Positions 23,429-32,830 of a DNA stretch of 64,000 bases are shown here, piece by piece. Made by a program: the position numbers and the translations under genes. Positions within the stretch are counted from its first letter, which is position 1, and each line of letters opens with the position of its first letter. Where the stretch lies: contig OZ242008.1 in NCBI GenBank assembly GCA_965204735.1, positions 1,472,001-1,536,000 on the forward strand, given 5' to 3'. The notes under the pieces are model-generated. The model made no database searches. It was not told where the DNA came from and saw only the letters and a list, made by a program, of their open reading frames with translations. The stretch is from Longimicrobiales bacterium (lineage in GTDB: Bacteria > Gemmatimonadota > Gemmatimonadetes > Longimicrobiales > Gaopeijiaceae).

Positions 23429-24234
23429 ACTGGCACGAAGGCGCGTTTCTGGGCTTCCTCCAGGGAGCGACCGAGTTCCTGCCCGTCTCCAGCTCCGGCC
23501 ACTTGGTCATGGGACAGGCCTTTCTGGACATTCGGCTCCCCGGCGTGGGCTTCGAGGTGGCCCTCCACGTGGCCACCCTGGCTTCGGTGGCGCTCGTGTA
23601 CTGGGAAAGGATCGCGACGGTGGCCGCCGGCGTGGCCCGGCGCGACCCGGAGCAGCTGCGGTACGCCGGACTCCTGCTCTTGGCCTCGGCGCCGGCGGGC
23701 GTCGCAGGGGTCGGCTTCGGCGGGTTCTTCGAGTCGCTCTTCGAGTCGCCGACCGTGGTGGGCGCGGCACTGATCGCGACGGGGTTCCTGCTCTGGTCCT
23801 CGAGACGGGCGCTGGACCGCTCGCCGTCCGCCTCGCCGGGGGTCGGCGCGGCCGTGGCGATGGGGTTCGCCCAAGCGCTTGCCATCGTGCCGGGCGTGTC
23901 CCGCTCGGGGGCCACCGTCGTCACGGCGCTTTGGAAGGGCGTGGAGCCGTCGGAGGCGGCTGCCTTCTCCTTCCTCATGTCGGTTCCGGCGGTTGCCGGC
24001 GCGGCGCTGCTCAAGTTCCCCGAAGCGGCGTCGGCCGGCGCAGGCGCCGGCTTGGCGGCGGGGCTCGGCGTGTCCGTCCCCACCCTCGCCGTGGCGGCGG
24101 TCGTCGCCTGCCTCGTGGGAGCGCTCGCCATCCGCGTCTTCCGCGCCATGCTCGCCAGCCGCTCGTTCCACCGCTTCGCGCCCTACCTGTGGGCGGCAGG
24201 GGCCGCTCTGCTCTGGCTCGGAGGCCGGTCGTGA
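23425..24234 (+). CDS. uppP: Undecaprenyl-diphosphate phosphatase (BacA)
   Basis: 'QGATEFLPVSSSGH', 'PGVSRSG'. Confidence 0.95.
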   Translation: MNWHEGAFLGFLQGATEFLPVSSSGHLVMGQAFLDIRLPGVGFEVALHVATLASVALVYWERIATVAAGVARRDPEQLRYAGLLLLASAPAGVAGVGFGGFFESLFESPTVVGAALIATGFLLWSSRRALDRSPSASPGVGAAVAMGFAQALAIVPGVSRSGATVVTALWKGVEPSEAAAFSFLMSVPAVAGAALLKFPEAASAGAGAGLAAGLGVSVPTLAVAAVVACLVGALAIRVFRAMLASRSFHRFAPYLWAAGAALLWLGGRS

Positions 24235-25283
24235 GACGGATCGCGGCACGGCCCCGGCCCCCGACGCGCCCGCCCCGGCCCCCGACGGACGCACCCGCGC
24301 GCCCGACGAACCCACCCCGGCCCCCGACGCGCCCGCCCCGGTCCCCGACGAACCCGCCCGCGCGCCCGACGAACCCACCCCGGCCCCCGACGCGCCCGCC
24401 CCGGTCCCCGACGAACCCGCCCGCGCGCCTGCCCAGCCGGCCATCCGGCTCCACCGACCGTCCCAACTCCCTCCTCTCCCGGTGGGAGGACCGCGACGCC
24501 CGGGAGTGGGCCCGACGCCTCGGGGCCGCGACGGCCGAGTTCCACGGGCGGATCGCGTCCACCAGCGACCGTGCCCGGGAGCTGGTGCGCGCACGCCGGC
24601 CGCTTCCCGCCCTCGTCGTCGCCGACCGCCAGACCGCCGGCCGGGGCCGCCAAGGCCGGCGCTGGGAATCGGACGCGCCCACGGGAGTGTGGCTCACCGT
24701 CGCCTTGGCCGTCGCCCCGTCCGCGCCCGCGTCCGTCCTGCCCCTGCGGATCAGCCTGGCGACGGCCCGTGCGCTGGAGTCGGTCGCCCCCGGCTTCCGC
24801 GCCCAGGTGAAGTGGCCCAACGACCTGACCACGCCCGGCGGCAAGCTGGGCGGCGTCCTTTGCGAGCGCGTCGGCGACGCCCTGCTGGCGGGGATCGGCG
24901 TCAACCTCAACCACTCCCGCGCCGACCTCCCCCAGGGCCTGGCCGCGCCGCCCACCTCGCTCTTCCTGGAGACGGGCCGAACGGTCCCCCGAGGCAGGGC
25001 CCTTTCGGCGGTGTGGACCGCCGTCGTCGCCGCGTGCGTCCGGCCCGGCGACGCCCTCCCGCCCGACGAAGTGGCCGCCCTGGACCGCCGCTCGCCCCTG
25101 CGCGGGCGCCGGGTCGTGGTCGACGGCGTGTTGCTGCGCCCCGGGGAAGGCGTCCGAACGGTCCGCTCCCTGAACGCCGTGGCCGGCGGCGTATGCCCCG
25201 ACGGGTCCCTCCTCGTCCAAGACGACAGCGGCGCCCGGGCGCGCTTGGTGGCCGGCTCCGTCGCGTCCTGGCGGCGCCCATGA
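24231..25283 (+). CDS. birA: Biotin--[acetyl-CoA carboxylase] ligase with repetitive N-terminal extension
   Basis: 'QTAGRGRQGRRW', 'KWPND', 'KLGGVL', 'GIGVN'; start uncertain. Confidence 0.88.
   Translation: MRRIAARPRPPTRPPRPPTDAPARPTNPPRPPTRPPRSPTNPPARPTNPPRPPTRPPRSPTNPPARLPSRPSGSTDRPNSLLSRWEDRDAREWARRLGAATAEFHGRIASTSDRARELVRARRPLPALVVADRQTAGRGRQGRRWESDAPTGVWLTVALAVAPSAPASVLPLRISLATARALESVAPGFRAQVKWPNDLTTPGGKLGGVLCERVGDALLAGIGVNLNHSRADLPQGLAAPPTSLFLETGRTVPRGRALSAVWTAVVAACVRPGDALPPDEVAALDRRSPLRGRRVVVDGVLLRPGEGVRTVRSLNAVAGGVCPDGSLLVQDDSGARARLVAGSVASWRRP
24251..24430 (+). repeat. Nested ~21-bp / 63-bp tandem repeat at the birA 5' end
   Basis: ccccggcccccgacgcgcccg and gcgcgcccgacgaacccacc units recur three times. 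Confidence 0.8.
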
Positions 25284-25383
25284 GACCATGACCCGTCCCG
25301 GTCCCCTCGACGCGAACGCGCAGAGGTCGCCGTCCCGGTTGCGGCGGCGCCCATGAGACCATGACCCGTCCCGGCCCCCTCGA
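25270..25383 (+). repeat. 41-bp direct repeat (1 mismatch, 73-bp period) duplicating the birA stop / coaX start junction
   Basis: ggcggcgcccatgagaccatgacccgtcccgg(t/c)cccctcga at 25270 and 25343. Confidence 0.9.
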
Positions 25384-26245
25384 TCCTGCGCGCGCCCAGC
25401 CGGCGCCCGCGGAACCCGGAGCCCCGCGCCCAGATCCGCCCACCCCCCGCCAGGCGCCCACGGCCTGCCAGCTGGTCGCCGACGTGGGCAACACCGACAT
25501 CGTCTTCGGCCTCCTGGACCTTTCCGGCGACAACGTGCTGAACCACTGGCGAGCGAGTGCCCGCGTTCCCCGGACCGAGGCCGAGTGCCGGGTGCTCCTC
25601 TCGGCCCTGCTGGTGCCGACCCTGGCGAAGGACGTCGTCGTCCAGCGGGGGGTCGTGGGCTCCGTCGTGCCCTCCGTCACCCGAACCGTCGCGACGGCCA
25701 TGTCGTCGGTGGTGGACGGCCCCGTCGTAGTGGCGACCGCCCACTCGGACCTGCCGATCGTCCTCGACGTGGAGGAGCCCCTGACCGTGGGCGCCGACCG
25801 GATCGTCAACACCTTGGCCGCCAAGGTTCGCTTCGCCCGAGACACCATCGCCGTGGACCTGGGAACCGCCACCACCTTCGACTGCATCACGGCCCAGGGC
25901 GTCTTCCGGGGAGGCGTCATCGCTCCAGGGATCGGCGCCGGGCTGGACTGGCTCGCCACACGAACCGCCCAGCTCCCCAGGGTGGACCTGACGCCCCCCC
26001 GAGCCGTTGTTGGCCGCCGCACGGCCGAGTGCATCCGGAGCGGCGTCTTCCATTCGGCGGTCGCCGGCGTGGACGGGATCGTGGCGAAGCTCAAGGAGGA
26101 GTGGACCAGCGCCGACCCGCTGGTGGTCGCGACGGGGGGCTTTGCGTCGCTGATCGGCCCCCACGCCTCGGCGGTGGACCGGATCGAACCCTTCCTGACC
26201 CTCCACGGCCTAGGGATCGCCGGCGCCCACCTGGACCCACGCTAG
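25361..26245 (+). CDS. coaX: Type III pantothenate kinase
   Basis: 'DVGNT', 'SVVP', 'GADR', 'VDLGTATTFD', 'GGVIAPG', 'ATGG'. Confidence 0.95.
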   Translation: MTRPGPLDPARAQPAPAEPGAPRPDPPTPRQAPTACQLVADVGNTDIVFGLLDLSGDNVLNHWRASARVPRTEAECRVLLSALLVPTLAKDVVVQRGVVGSVVPSVTRTVATAMSSVVDGPVVVATAHSDLPIVLDVEEPLTVGADRIVNTLAAKVRFARDTIAVDLGTATTFDCITAQGVFRGGVIAPGIGAGLDWLATRTAQLPRVDLTPPRAVVGRRTAECIRSGVFHSAVAGVDGIVAKLKEEWTSADPLVVATGGFASLIGPHASAVDRIEPFLTLHGLGIAGAHLDPR

Positions 26246-26252
26246 TCCGTCA

Positions 26253-26555
26253 CTACCGCCCCTCCGCGTCGCCGTCGCCGGCCACGGCCAGGAACTCGTC
26301 GGCAGTGTCGCACTCCACGACCGCGTCCCCGACCCGCGCCAGCTGCTCGGCGCTCATGGAGCGCACCCGCGCCTCCAGCCGTCGCGCCGTCTGGGCCCCG
26401 AACCGCCGCGAAGCCTGACGCAGCAAGACCGCTCGGCCTTCCGCGCGACCCCGCTCGAGGCCCTGCTCACGTCCCCGTTCGAGCCCCTGCTGAAGCCCCT
26501 GCTCCAGGCCCCGCTGCCGGTGGCCCTCCGCCCACTCCGCATAGGTCTGGCCCAT
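26253..26555 (-). CDS. Predicted intragenic small protein (RpnS-like, 100 aa), in frame with Rpn copy 1
   Basis: AAGGAGG-agcaagag-ATG on the minus strand directly before the C-terminal repeat domain. Confidence 0.6.
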   Translation of the reverse strand: MGQTYAEWAEGHRQRGLEQGLQQGLERGREQGLERGRAEGRAVLLRQASRRFGAQTARRLEARVRSMSAEQLARVGDAVVECDTADEFLAVAGDGDAEGR

Positions 26556-27347
26556 CTCTTGCTCCTCCTTCGGTTGGATGATCTGCTCCACGATGTCCTC
26601 ACGTGCCTCTTCCGGCGCGCCCACCTTACGCAGCCGCTCGTCCGTCCAGTCTGCGAACGCCTGCCGCTCTGCAAGATAGTCCGGGCCGGCCCACTGCTCC
26701 GCCATGCTCTGGTGCACCGCCGGAAAGTTCGTCCACGGGTCCTCCTCCAGAGCCGCGACCCAGCCCAGCACGCTCCCCCTGGGAAGCAACCCTTGCGCCA
26801 GCGCCGACCGCAAGTCAAGCAGCCCGTAGCCGTGAGTGGTCGCCAGGTCGGCCACCGCCCGCGCCACCACCGGCGACGGCTCCTCCCGGCTGGCCAGCCC
26901 GGCCAACGTCGTCTCGGCCGTCCATGGCCTCGTGCCGGTGTAGACGACGAACGAGAGCACGAGGGGCATGGTGCCGTCGGGGTTGCGCTGCCGCTCGTGC
27001 GTGTGCAGCACCGTGTGGGCGGCCTCGCTGTAGCGCAGTGTCCTGAGGACCATGCCCGGATCGACGGAGGACTGGAACTCGAAGAGGAAGACGGCGGATC
27101 GACCGTCCTTGAACCGGACGCGCCAAGCGCAGTCGCAGAGCCGGCGCTGCAGGTCGGGGCCCACGGTCTCGGTGGGGAAGGGATCGACGGCCAGCAGGTC
27201 GAGCTGGTCGGCCCAGCGCTTGGCCGCCAAGTCGCGGATGAGGGCCACGACGGCAGCCACGGTGTTGAAGAGGCGCTTGTAGCTCTGGTCGTGGCGGCGG
27301 CGTTCCGACTTGGTGAGAGAGGGCGGTTCGCTGGTGGAAGGGTCCAT
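26253..27347 (-). CDS. Rpn family recombination-promoting nuclease / YhgA-like (Transposase_31 + DUF4351-like C-terminus), copy 1
   Basis: 'HDQSYKRLF', 'D.AWRV', '[16 protein letters not shown]', 'GLEQG' repeats, 'RRFG' tail; start set at MDPST (GGAG upstream), matching copy 2. Confidence 0.85.
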   Translation of the reverse strand: MDPSTSEPPSLTKSERRRHDQSYKRLFNTVAAVVALIRDLAAKRWADQLDLLAVDPFPTETVGPDLQRRLCDCAWRVRFKDGRSAVFLFEFQSSVDPGMVLRTLRYSEAAHTVLHTHERQRNPDGTMPLVLSFVVYTGTRPWTAETTLAGLASREEPSPVVARAVADLATTHGYGLLDLRSALAQGLLPRGSVLGWVAALEEDPWTNFPAVHQSMAEQWAGPDYLAERQAFADWTDERLRKVGAPEEAREDIVEQIIQPKEEQEMGQTYAEWAEGHRQRGLEQGLQQGLERGREQGLERGRAEGRAVLLRQASRRFGAQTARRLEARVRSMSAEQLARVGDAVVECDTADEFLAVAGDGDAEGR

Positions 27348-27570
27348 TGCGGCGGCTCCGTTGCGTCCGAGACGAGAGGCGCTTCGGAGGCGTCGCGGAC
27401 GGAGTTCCCCCGAAGCTGGCCGGGACGGTCTCCGGCTCTGGCCCAAGGATCTCACCGTGCGTGCGCCATTTCCATGGCTGGATGGGACAGATTTTTTTTC
27501 GTCTCTCGCGGGCCGGGACGGAGACCCTTGCGTCCAACGAACCAGGCGTGCTGAAGCTCCTCCGGCGCCT

Positions 27571-27632
27571 AGGCTGGCCCTTCCCCCTTGCCCCAGGCTG
27601 GCCCCTCCCCCTTGCCCCTGGCTGGCCCCTCG
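27571..27632. repeat. 24-bp tandem repeat, ~2.5 copies (ggctggcccytcccccttgccccw)
   Basis: Read directly; lies between the Rpn leader and the groES promoter. Confidence 0.8.
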
Positions 27633-27697
27633 ACGCCCAGCCCAAGCAAGCCAGCACGCGGACCCCCTTGACGTCGCCCCTCGAAGCGTCCACCTTG

Positions 27698-27724
27698 TTA
27701 GCACTCACTCGCATCGAGTGCTAG
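27698..27724 (+). promoter_or_regulatory. CIRCE element (HrcA operator) upstream of groES
   Basis: TTAGCACTC-actcgcatc-GAGTGCTAG matches TTAGCACTC-N9-GAGTGCTAA; TTGACG (27668)-17-CACCTT promoter-like sequence just upstream; extra half-site GAGTGCTGG at 27747. Confidence 0.93.
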
Positions 27725-27828
27725 CAACCCGCTGGGCAACCCGATCGAGTGCTGGCAGACCCGGGAGAGGGCGGATCGGCCGTCCCCCCGGAGGCACACC
27801 AAATCCCATCCCCAAGCAAGGAGAAGCG

Positions 27829-28131
27829 ATGTCCGCCGCAGACCGGATCAAGCCCCTCGCCGACCGCGTCGTCGTCAAGGCCCTGGAAGAGGCCGAGCAG
27901 ATGCGGGGAGGGCTGTACATCCCCGACACGGCCAAGGAGAAGCCCCAGGAGGGCGAAGTCGTGGCCGTGGGTCCGGGCAAGCTGTCCGACGACGGCAACC
28001 GGATCCCCATGGAAGTCTCCGCTGGCGACCGGGTCCTGTACGGAAAGTACAGCGGCACCGAGGTCACCGTGGACGGAGACCAGTACCTCATCCTGCGCGA
28101 GAGCGACATCCTCGCCGTCGTCAACGCCTAA
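27829..28131 (+). CDS. groES: Co-chaperonin GroES
   Basis: '[43 protein letters not shown]'; AAGGAG RBS. Confidence 0.98.
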   Translation: MSAADRIKPLADRVVVKALEEAEQMRGGLYIPDTAKEKPQEGEVVAVGPGKLSDDGNRIPMEVSAGDRVLYGKYSGTEVTVDGDQYLILRESDILAVVNA

Positions 28132-28150
28132 CCAAGAGGAGACAAGAGAC

Positions 28151-29785
<1,635 letters not shown>

Positions 29786-29805
29786 TCCCAGCCGCAAGCG
29801 GTAGC

Positions 29806-29847
29806 CGGCCTCCTCGCCTGCCTGGAGCTTGGGCGGCGAGGAGGCCG
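29806..29847 (+). terminator. GC-rich hairpin after groEL (possible terminator; no U-tract)
   Basis: CGGCCTCCTCGCC (29806-29818) / GGCGAGGAGGCCG (29835-29847). Confidence 0.55.
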
Positions 29848-29903
29848 AGCGGTCTTGCCGAAGGTACGCAAGGCATGCAGCCGGTCTGGAGGCTTGCCGG
29901 AGC

Positions 29904-29932
29904 TTGACACTGATCCAAGATGGTCATACGAT
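29904..29932 (+). promoter_or_regulatory. Sigma70-type promoter
   Basis: TTGACA-17 bp-TACGAT. Confidence 0.7.
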
Positions 29933-29975
29933 GTCGTGGGCGAGGAACCAACCCATGAAGTCGGGAGGACCAATC

Positions 29976-30533
29976 ATGAAGCAGAGCCAGTCGCCCAAGT
30001 GTCACTGTGCTTTTTCCTCCCGGCCCGTGTGGGCACTGGCCTTGACGCTCTCCTTTGGGTCCTGCGTCCAGTCCAGTCAGAGGGCCACGGAAGTGGACGT
30101 GACCGACGAAGCCTCCATGGTCAGGCTGGTTGAGGCAGCATTTCGGCACGTAATCAGCGACATCTCTGGGTCGTCTCAGTTGCCACCGGGCCAGGACAGC
30201 CTCAAGGTGTTCATTGAGAACCCGCCTAGTCACGTCCGACTGAGCCCCATGGCACTGAAGGCACTCGCAACGGTGGCATCCGAGTTGCGAACTCCGTCCG
30301 CAAAGGGTCCGACATGCCACGGGATTCTGAACTGCACCATGGAGAGGGGGACGGTATCCATAGCTCTGACAAGGGTCGCCATCCTTGACAACAACTTGGC
30401 CGAAGTAGGCGTCGCAACCTCTCGACGATCGCCTAGCAAGTCGCGGATCTTCATGACTGCTTCGCGAATGTTGTTTGAATGGAATGGCGTCGCATGGACC
30501 TGGATCAAGAACACGTCGTTTCTGATAACGTGA
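29976..30533 (+). CDS. Hypothetical lipoprotein (lower GC)
   Basis: GGGAGG RBS before ATG 29976; hydrophobic stretch ending 'LSFGSC'. Confidence 0.6.
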   Translation: MKQSQSPKCHCAFSSRPVWALALTLSFGSCVQSSQRATEVDVTDEASMVRLVEAAFRHVISDISGSSQLPPGQDSLKVFIENPPSHVRLSPMALKALATVASELRTPSAKGPTCHGILNCTMERGTVSIALTRVAILDNNLAEVGVATSRRSPSKSRIFMTASRMLFEWNGVAWTWIKNTSFLIT

Positions 30534-30626
30534 GGTGATTTTGCAATGACTACAAGATGCATGTTGGTCGAGGAGTCCAATCGATAGGCGGAGGCACGCA
30601 GCCTCCGCCCACACAGAGGAGGAGCA

Positions 30627-31118
30627 ATGAAGACGAAGTACAAGCTGGGCCTGATCGGGGCGTCGGCTGTTTTCACATTTACATTGATTACTGAACGAAA
30701 TGCCTCATCTCAAGCGTTTACGTGTCCCAATAACAGTTATTGGAGTTGTAGCACTATGACATCAACTTACGAACGTGAGTACAAGCGGATGTTGGCCAAC
30801 GTGCCGTGGTCTGATAATCAAGATCCCCGATGCATACATGCGCGCGATGGATCAGAGAGCATTATCGATAGTGCTAGATTTGCGTGGTTCAATTCATCAC
30901 ATGCTGCTGGCTACTCTCACCTTCCGACCCAAACGATAGGGCTAAACGAACGCTATCGATCCCAGTTTGGTTCGTTTCGAGGAGGAGACCTGAATGGACT
31001 GAGTGCGCTGGAAGTTCTAGTTCATGAAGCGGCGCACTGGGGACTTGGCCATGTTGGGCGGAACGAAGCATTCGAGAGTGCCGCCGACTACGTGACCGAT
31101 CAATGTATCACGTGGTAG
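30627..31118 (+). CDS. Small secreted zincin-like protein (low GC)
   Basis: AGGAGG RBS; signal peptide; 'VLVHEAAHWGLGH'; four Cys. Confidence 0.7.
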   Translation: MKTKYKLGLIGASAVFTFTLITERNASSQAFTCPNNSYWSCSTMTSTYEREYKRMLANVPWSDNQDPRCIHARDGSESIIDSARFAWFNSSHAAGYSHLPTQTIGLNERYRSQFGSFRGGDLNGLSALEVLVHEAAHWGLGHVGRNEAFESAADYVTDQCITW

Positions 31119-31162
31119 CGAAATGAGCGTCGACATCTCATTGATAACGTGAGATGCTGCCG

Positions 31163-31431
31163 GACCCGCGTCGCGCGGTAGAGGATGGATCCGTGCCCGG
31201 CGGGCGGCGTGGTGCTGCTCCAGGGTCAGAACGCTTTCGACGACATGGAGACGGCGGACGCCGACGAGCGGATCCGGGCGACATCCTGCGACGCGCCCCT
31301 GGAGTCGCCGATCCGGCAGACCGCGGGCGGCACCGTGGGCTGAGTCGTGGTTGCCAAGGGGGGTCGAGTGGCGCATGGACCGGTGGCCAGCGGGGTTGCG
31401 ACGGGTCTGGCGTTCCCGGCAGCCGGCGTCA
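31163..31431 (+). pseudogene. Decayed duplicate of the groEL 3' region (corresponds to ~29356-29630)
   Basis: e.g. cagaacgctttcgacgacatggagacggcggacgccgacgagcggatc vs groEL cagaacgctctcgacgacgtggagacggcggacgaagacgagcggatc; several indels. Confidence 0.88.
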
Positions 31432-31498
31432 ACCGGGGTCCGGGGCGCGTCGAGATCAGTGCTCCGGGCCCCGGTCCGCGTACGCTGATCCGGCCCCC

Positions 31499-31554
31499 TT
31501 GACACCCTCCGACGAGTTCCCAACATTTCTGTTGCCAACGATTCTGTTGCCAAC
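31499..31554 (+). promoter_or_regulatory. Promoter (TTGACA at 31499) overlapped by three GTT(G/C)CCAAC boxes at 15-bp period
   Basis: Boxes at 31516, 31531 and 31546. Confidence 0.6.
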
Positions 31555-31576
31555 AATCTTGCTGGGAGGAGCGACC

Positions 31577-32830
31577 ATGGGACTGGAGAAGACGCTGGGA
31601 AGCCCGGTGGAGGGGAAGAAGTTCTTCGACCGGGAGCACGAGATCGAGGCGCTGACGGAACGGATCCGCGAGGGCAACCACACATTGCTCGTGGCCCAGC
31701 GACGGATGGGAAAGACGAGCATCGTTCGCGAGCTCTTGCGCCGTCTCCAGCTGACCGACGAGTTCGCGACTGTGTTCGTGGACTTCGAGGACGCCCAAAG
31801 CCCGGCGGAAACAGTGGTGGAGCTGGCAATGGCCTCGAGGCGGATTCGCGGCCTGTGGGATCGGGCCAAGGGCGCGTTCGCCAACGTCGCTACGGCAGCT
31901 GTCGGGCGGATCGACGAGGTGGGATTGTCCAAGCTCCGCGTGAAGCTTCGAAACGACATCGATTCGGGCAACTGGCGGCCCAAGGGCGACGCGGTGCTGG
32001 CCGCATTTGCCGACCACGACAAGCCCGTGGTGCTGGCGATCGACGAGCTTCCGATCTTCGTGAACCGCATCCTCAAGGGAGACGACCACAAGACGACGCC
32101 CAAGGGGATACGAAGCGCGGACGAGTACCTGAGCTGGCTCCGCAAGAACGTCCAACAACATCGAGACCGCGTTCGACTGATCGTGTCCGGCAGCATTGGC
32201 CTTATGCCGATCGTCCGACAAGCCGGCCTCTCGGCTCAAGTCAACGTTTTCTCGTCGTTCGAACTGAAGCCGTGGGACGAACAGACGGCAATTGATTGCC
32301 TGCACCAGCTGGCAGCCAACTACGACGTGGACCTGTCGCGCGACGTTCGGCGCGAGATGTGCCGACGGCTTCGTTGCTGCGTTCCGCATCATGTCCAGAG
32401 CTTCTTCGACAAGGTGCACGACCATCTGCGTCGTTACGGCAAGAACACGGCTACGATTGACGATGTGCGGCAAGTATTCGAAGAGGAAATGATCGGCATC
32501 CATGCGAATCCGGCGCTTGATCACTACCTCGAACGGTTGCGAATGGTGCTCGACCGCGAACAGTACGGCCTTGCCCGGGAGCTTCTCTCCAAAGCCGCCG
32601 TGGCCGATGGAAGGTTGGAGGAGGCCACTCTGAGGGAGCGCCGCCGACGCTGGCTGTCGACTCCCAACAAGAACGAATCCGATGTCGAGCAAGTACTTCA
32701 CGTCTTGGAACATGACGGGTACTTGGTTCGCGACGACAAGGGCTACCGGTTTGCGTCCGGCTGGTTGGAAGCTTGGTGGCGCATGCGCCATGCACGACAC
32801 TTCACGCCTCTCCGCGACCGTACGACATGA
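31577..32830 (+). CDS. P-loop ATPase (archaeal-ATPase/AAA_16-like) with C-terminal winged helix
   Basis: GGGAGG RBS; 'FFDRE.E', Walker A 'AQRRMGKTS', Walker B 'VVLAIDE', 'LEHDGYL...Y.F....L..WW'. Confidence 0.8.
   Translation: MGLEKTLGSPVEGKKFFDREHEIEALTERIREGNHTLLVAQRRMGKTSIVRELLRRLQLTDEFATVFVDFEDAQSPAETVVELAMASRRIRGLWDRAKGAFANVATAAVGRIDEVGLSKLRVKLRNDIDSGNWRPKGDAVLAAFADHDKPVVLAIDELPIFVNRILKGDDHKTTPKGIRSADEYLSWLRKNVQQHRDRVRLIVSGSIGLMPIVRQAGLSAQVNVFSSFELKPWDEQTAIDCLHQLAANYDVDLSRDVRREMCRRLRCCVPHHVQSFFDKVHDHLRRYGKNTATIDDVRQVFEEEMIGIHANPALDHYLERLRMVLDREQYGLARELLSKAAVADGRLEEATLRERRRRWLSTPNKNESDVEQVLHVLEHDGYLVRDDKGYRFASGWLEAWWRMRHARHFTPLRDRTT

Noticed and set aside
21953..24430. 30-bp and 21/63-bp repeats as a possible CRISPR array
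   Set aside because: Units are contiguous, have no unique spacers, lie in coding frames, and no cas genes are present
31154..31576. Extended N-terminus of the ATPase given in the ORF track
   Set aside because: The region is the groEL relic plus promoter; a strong RBS supports ATG 31577
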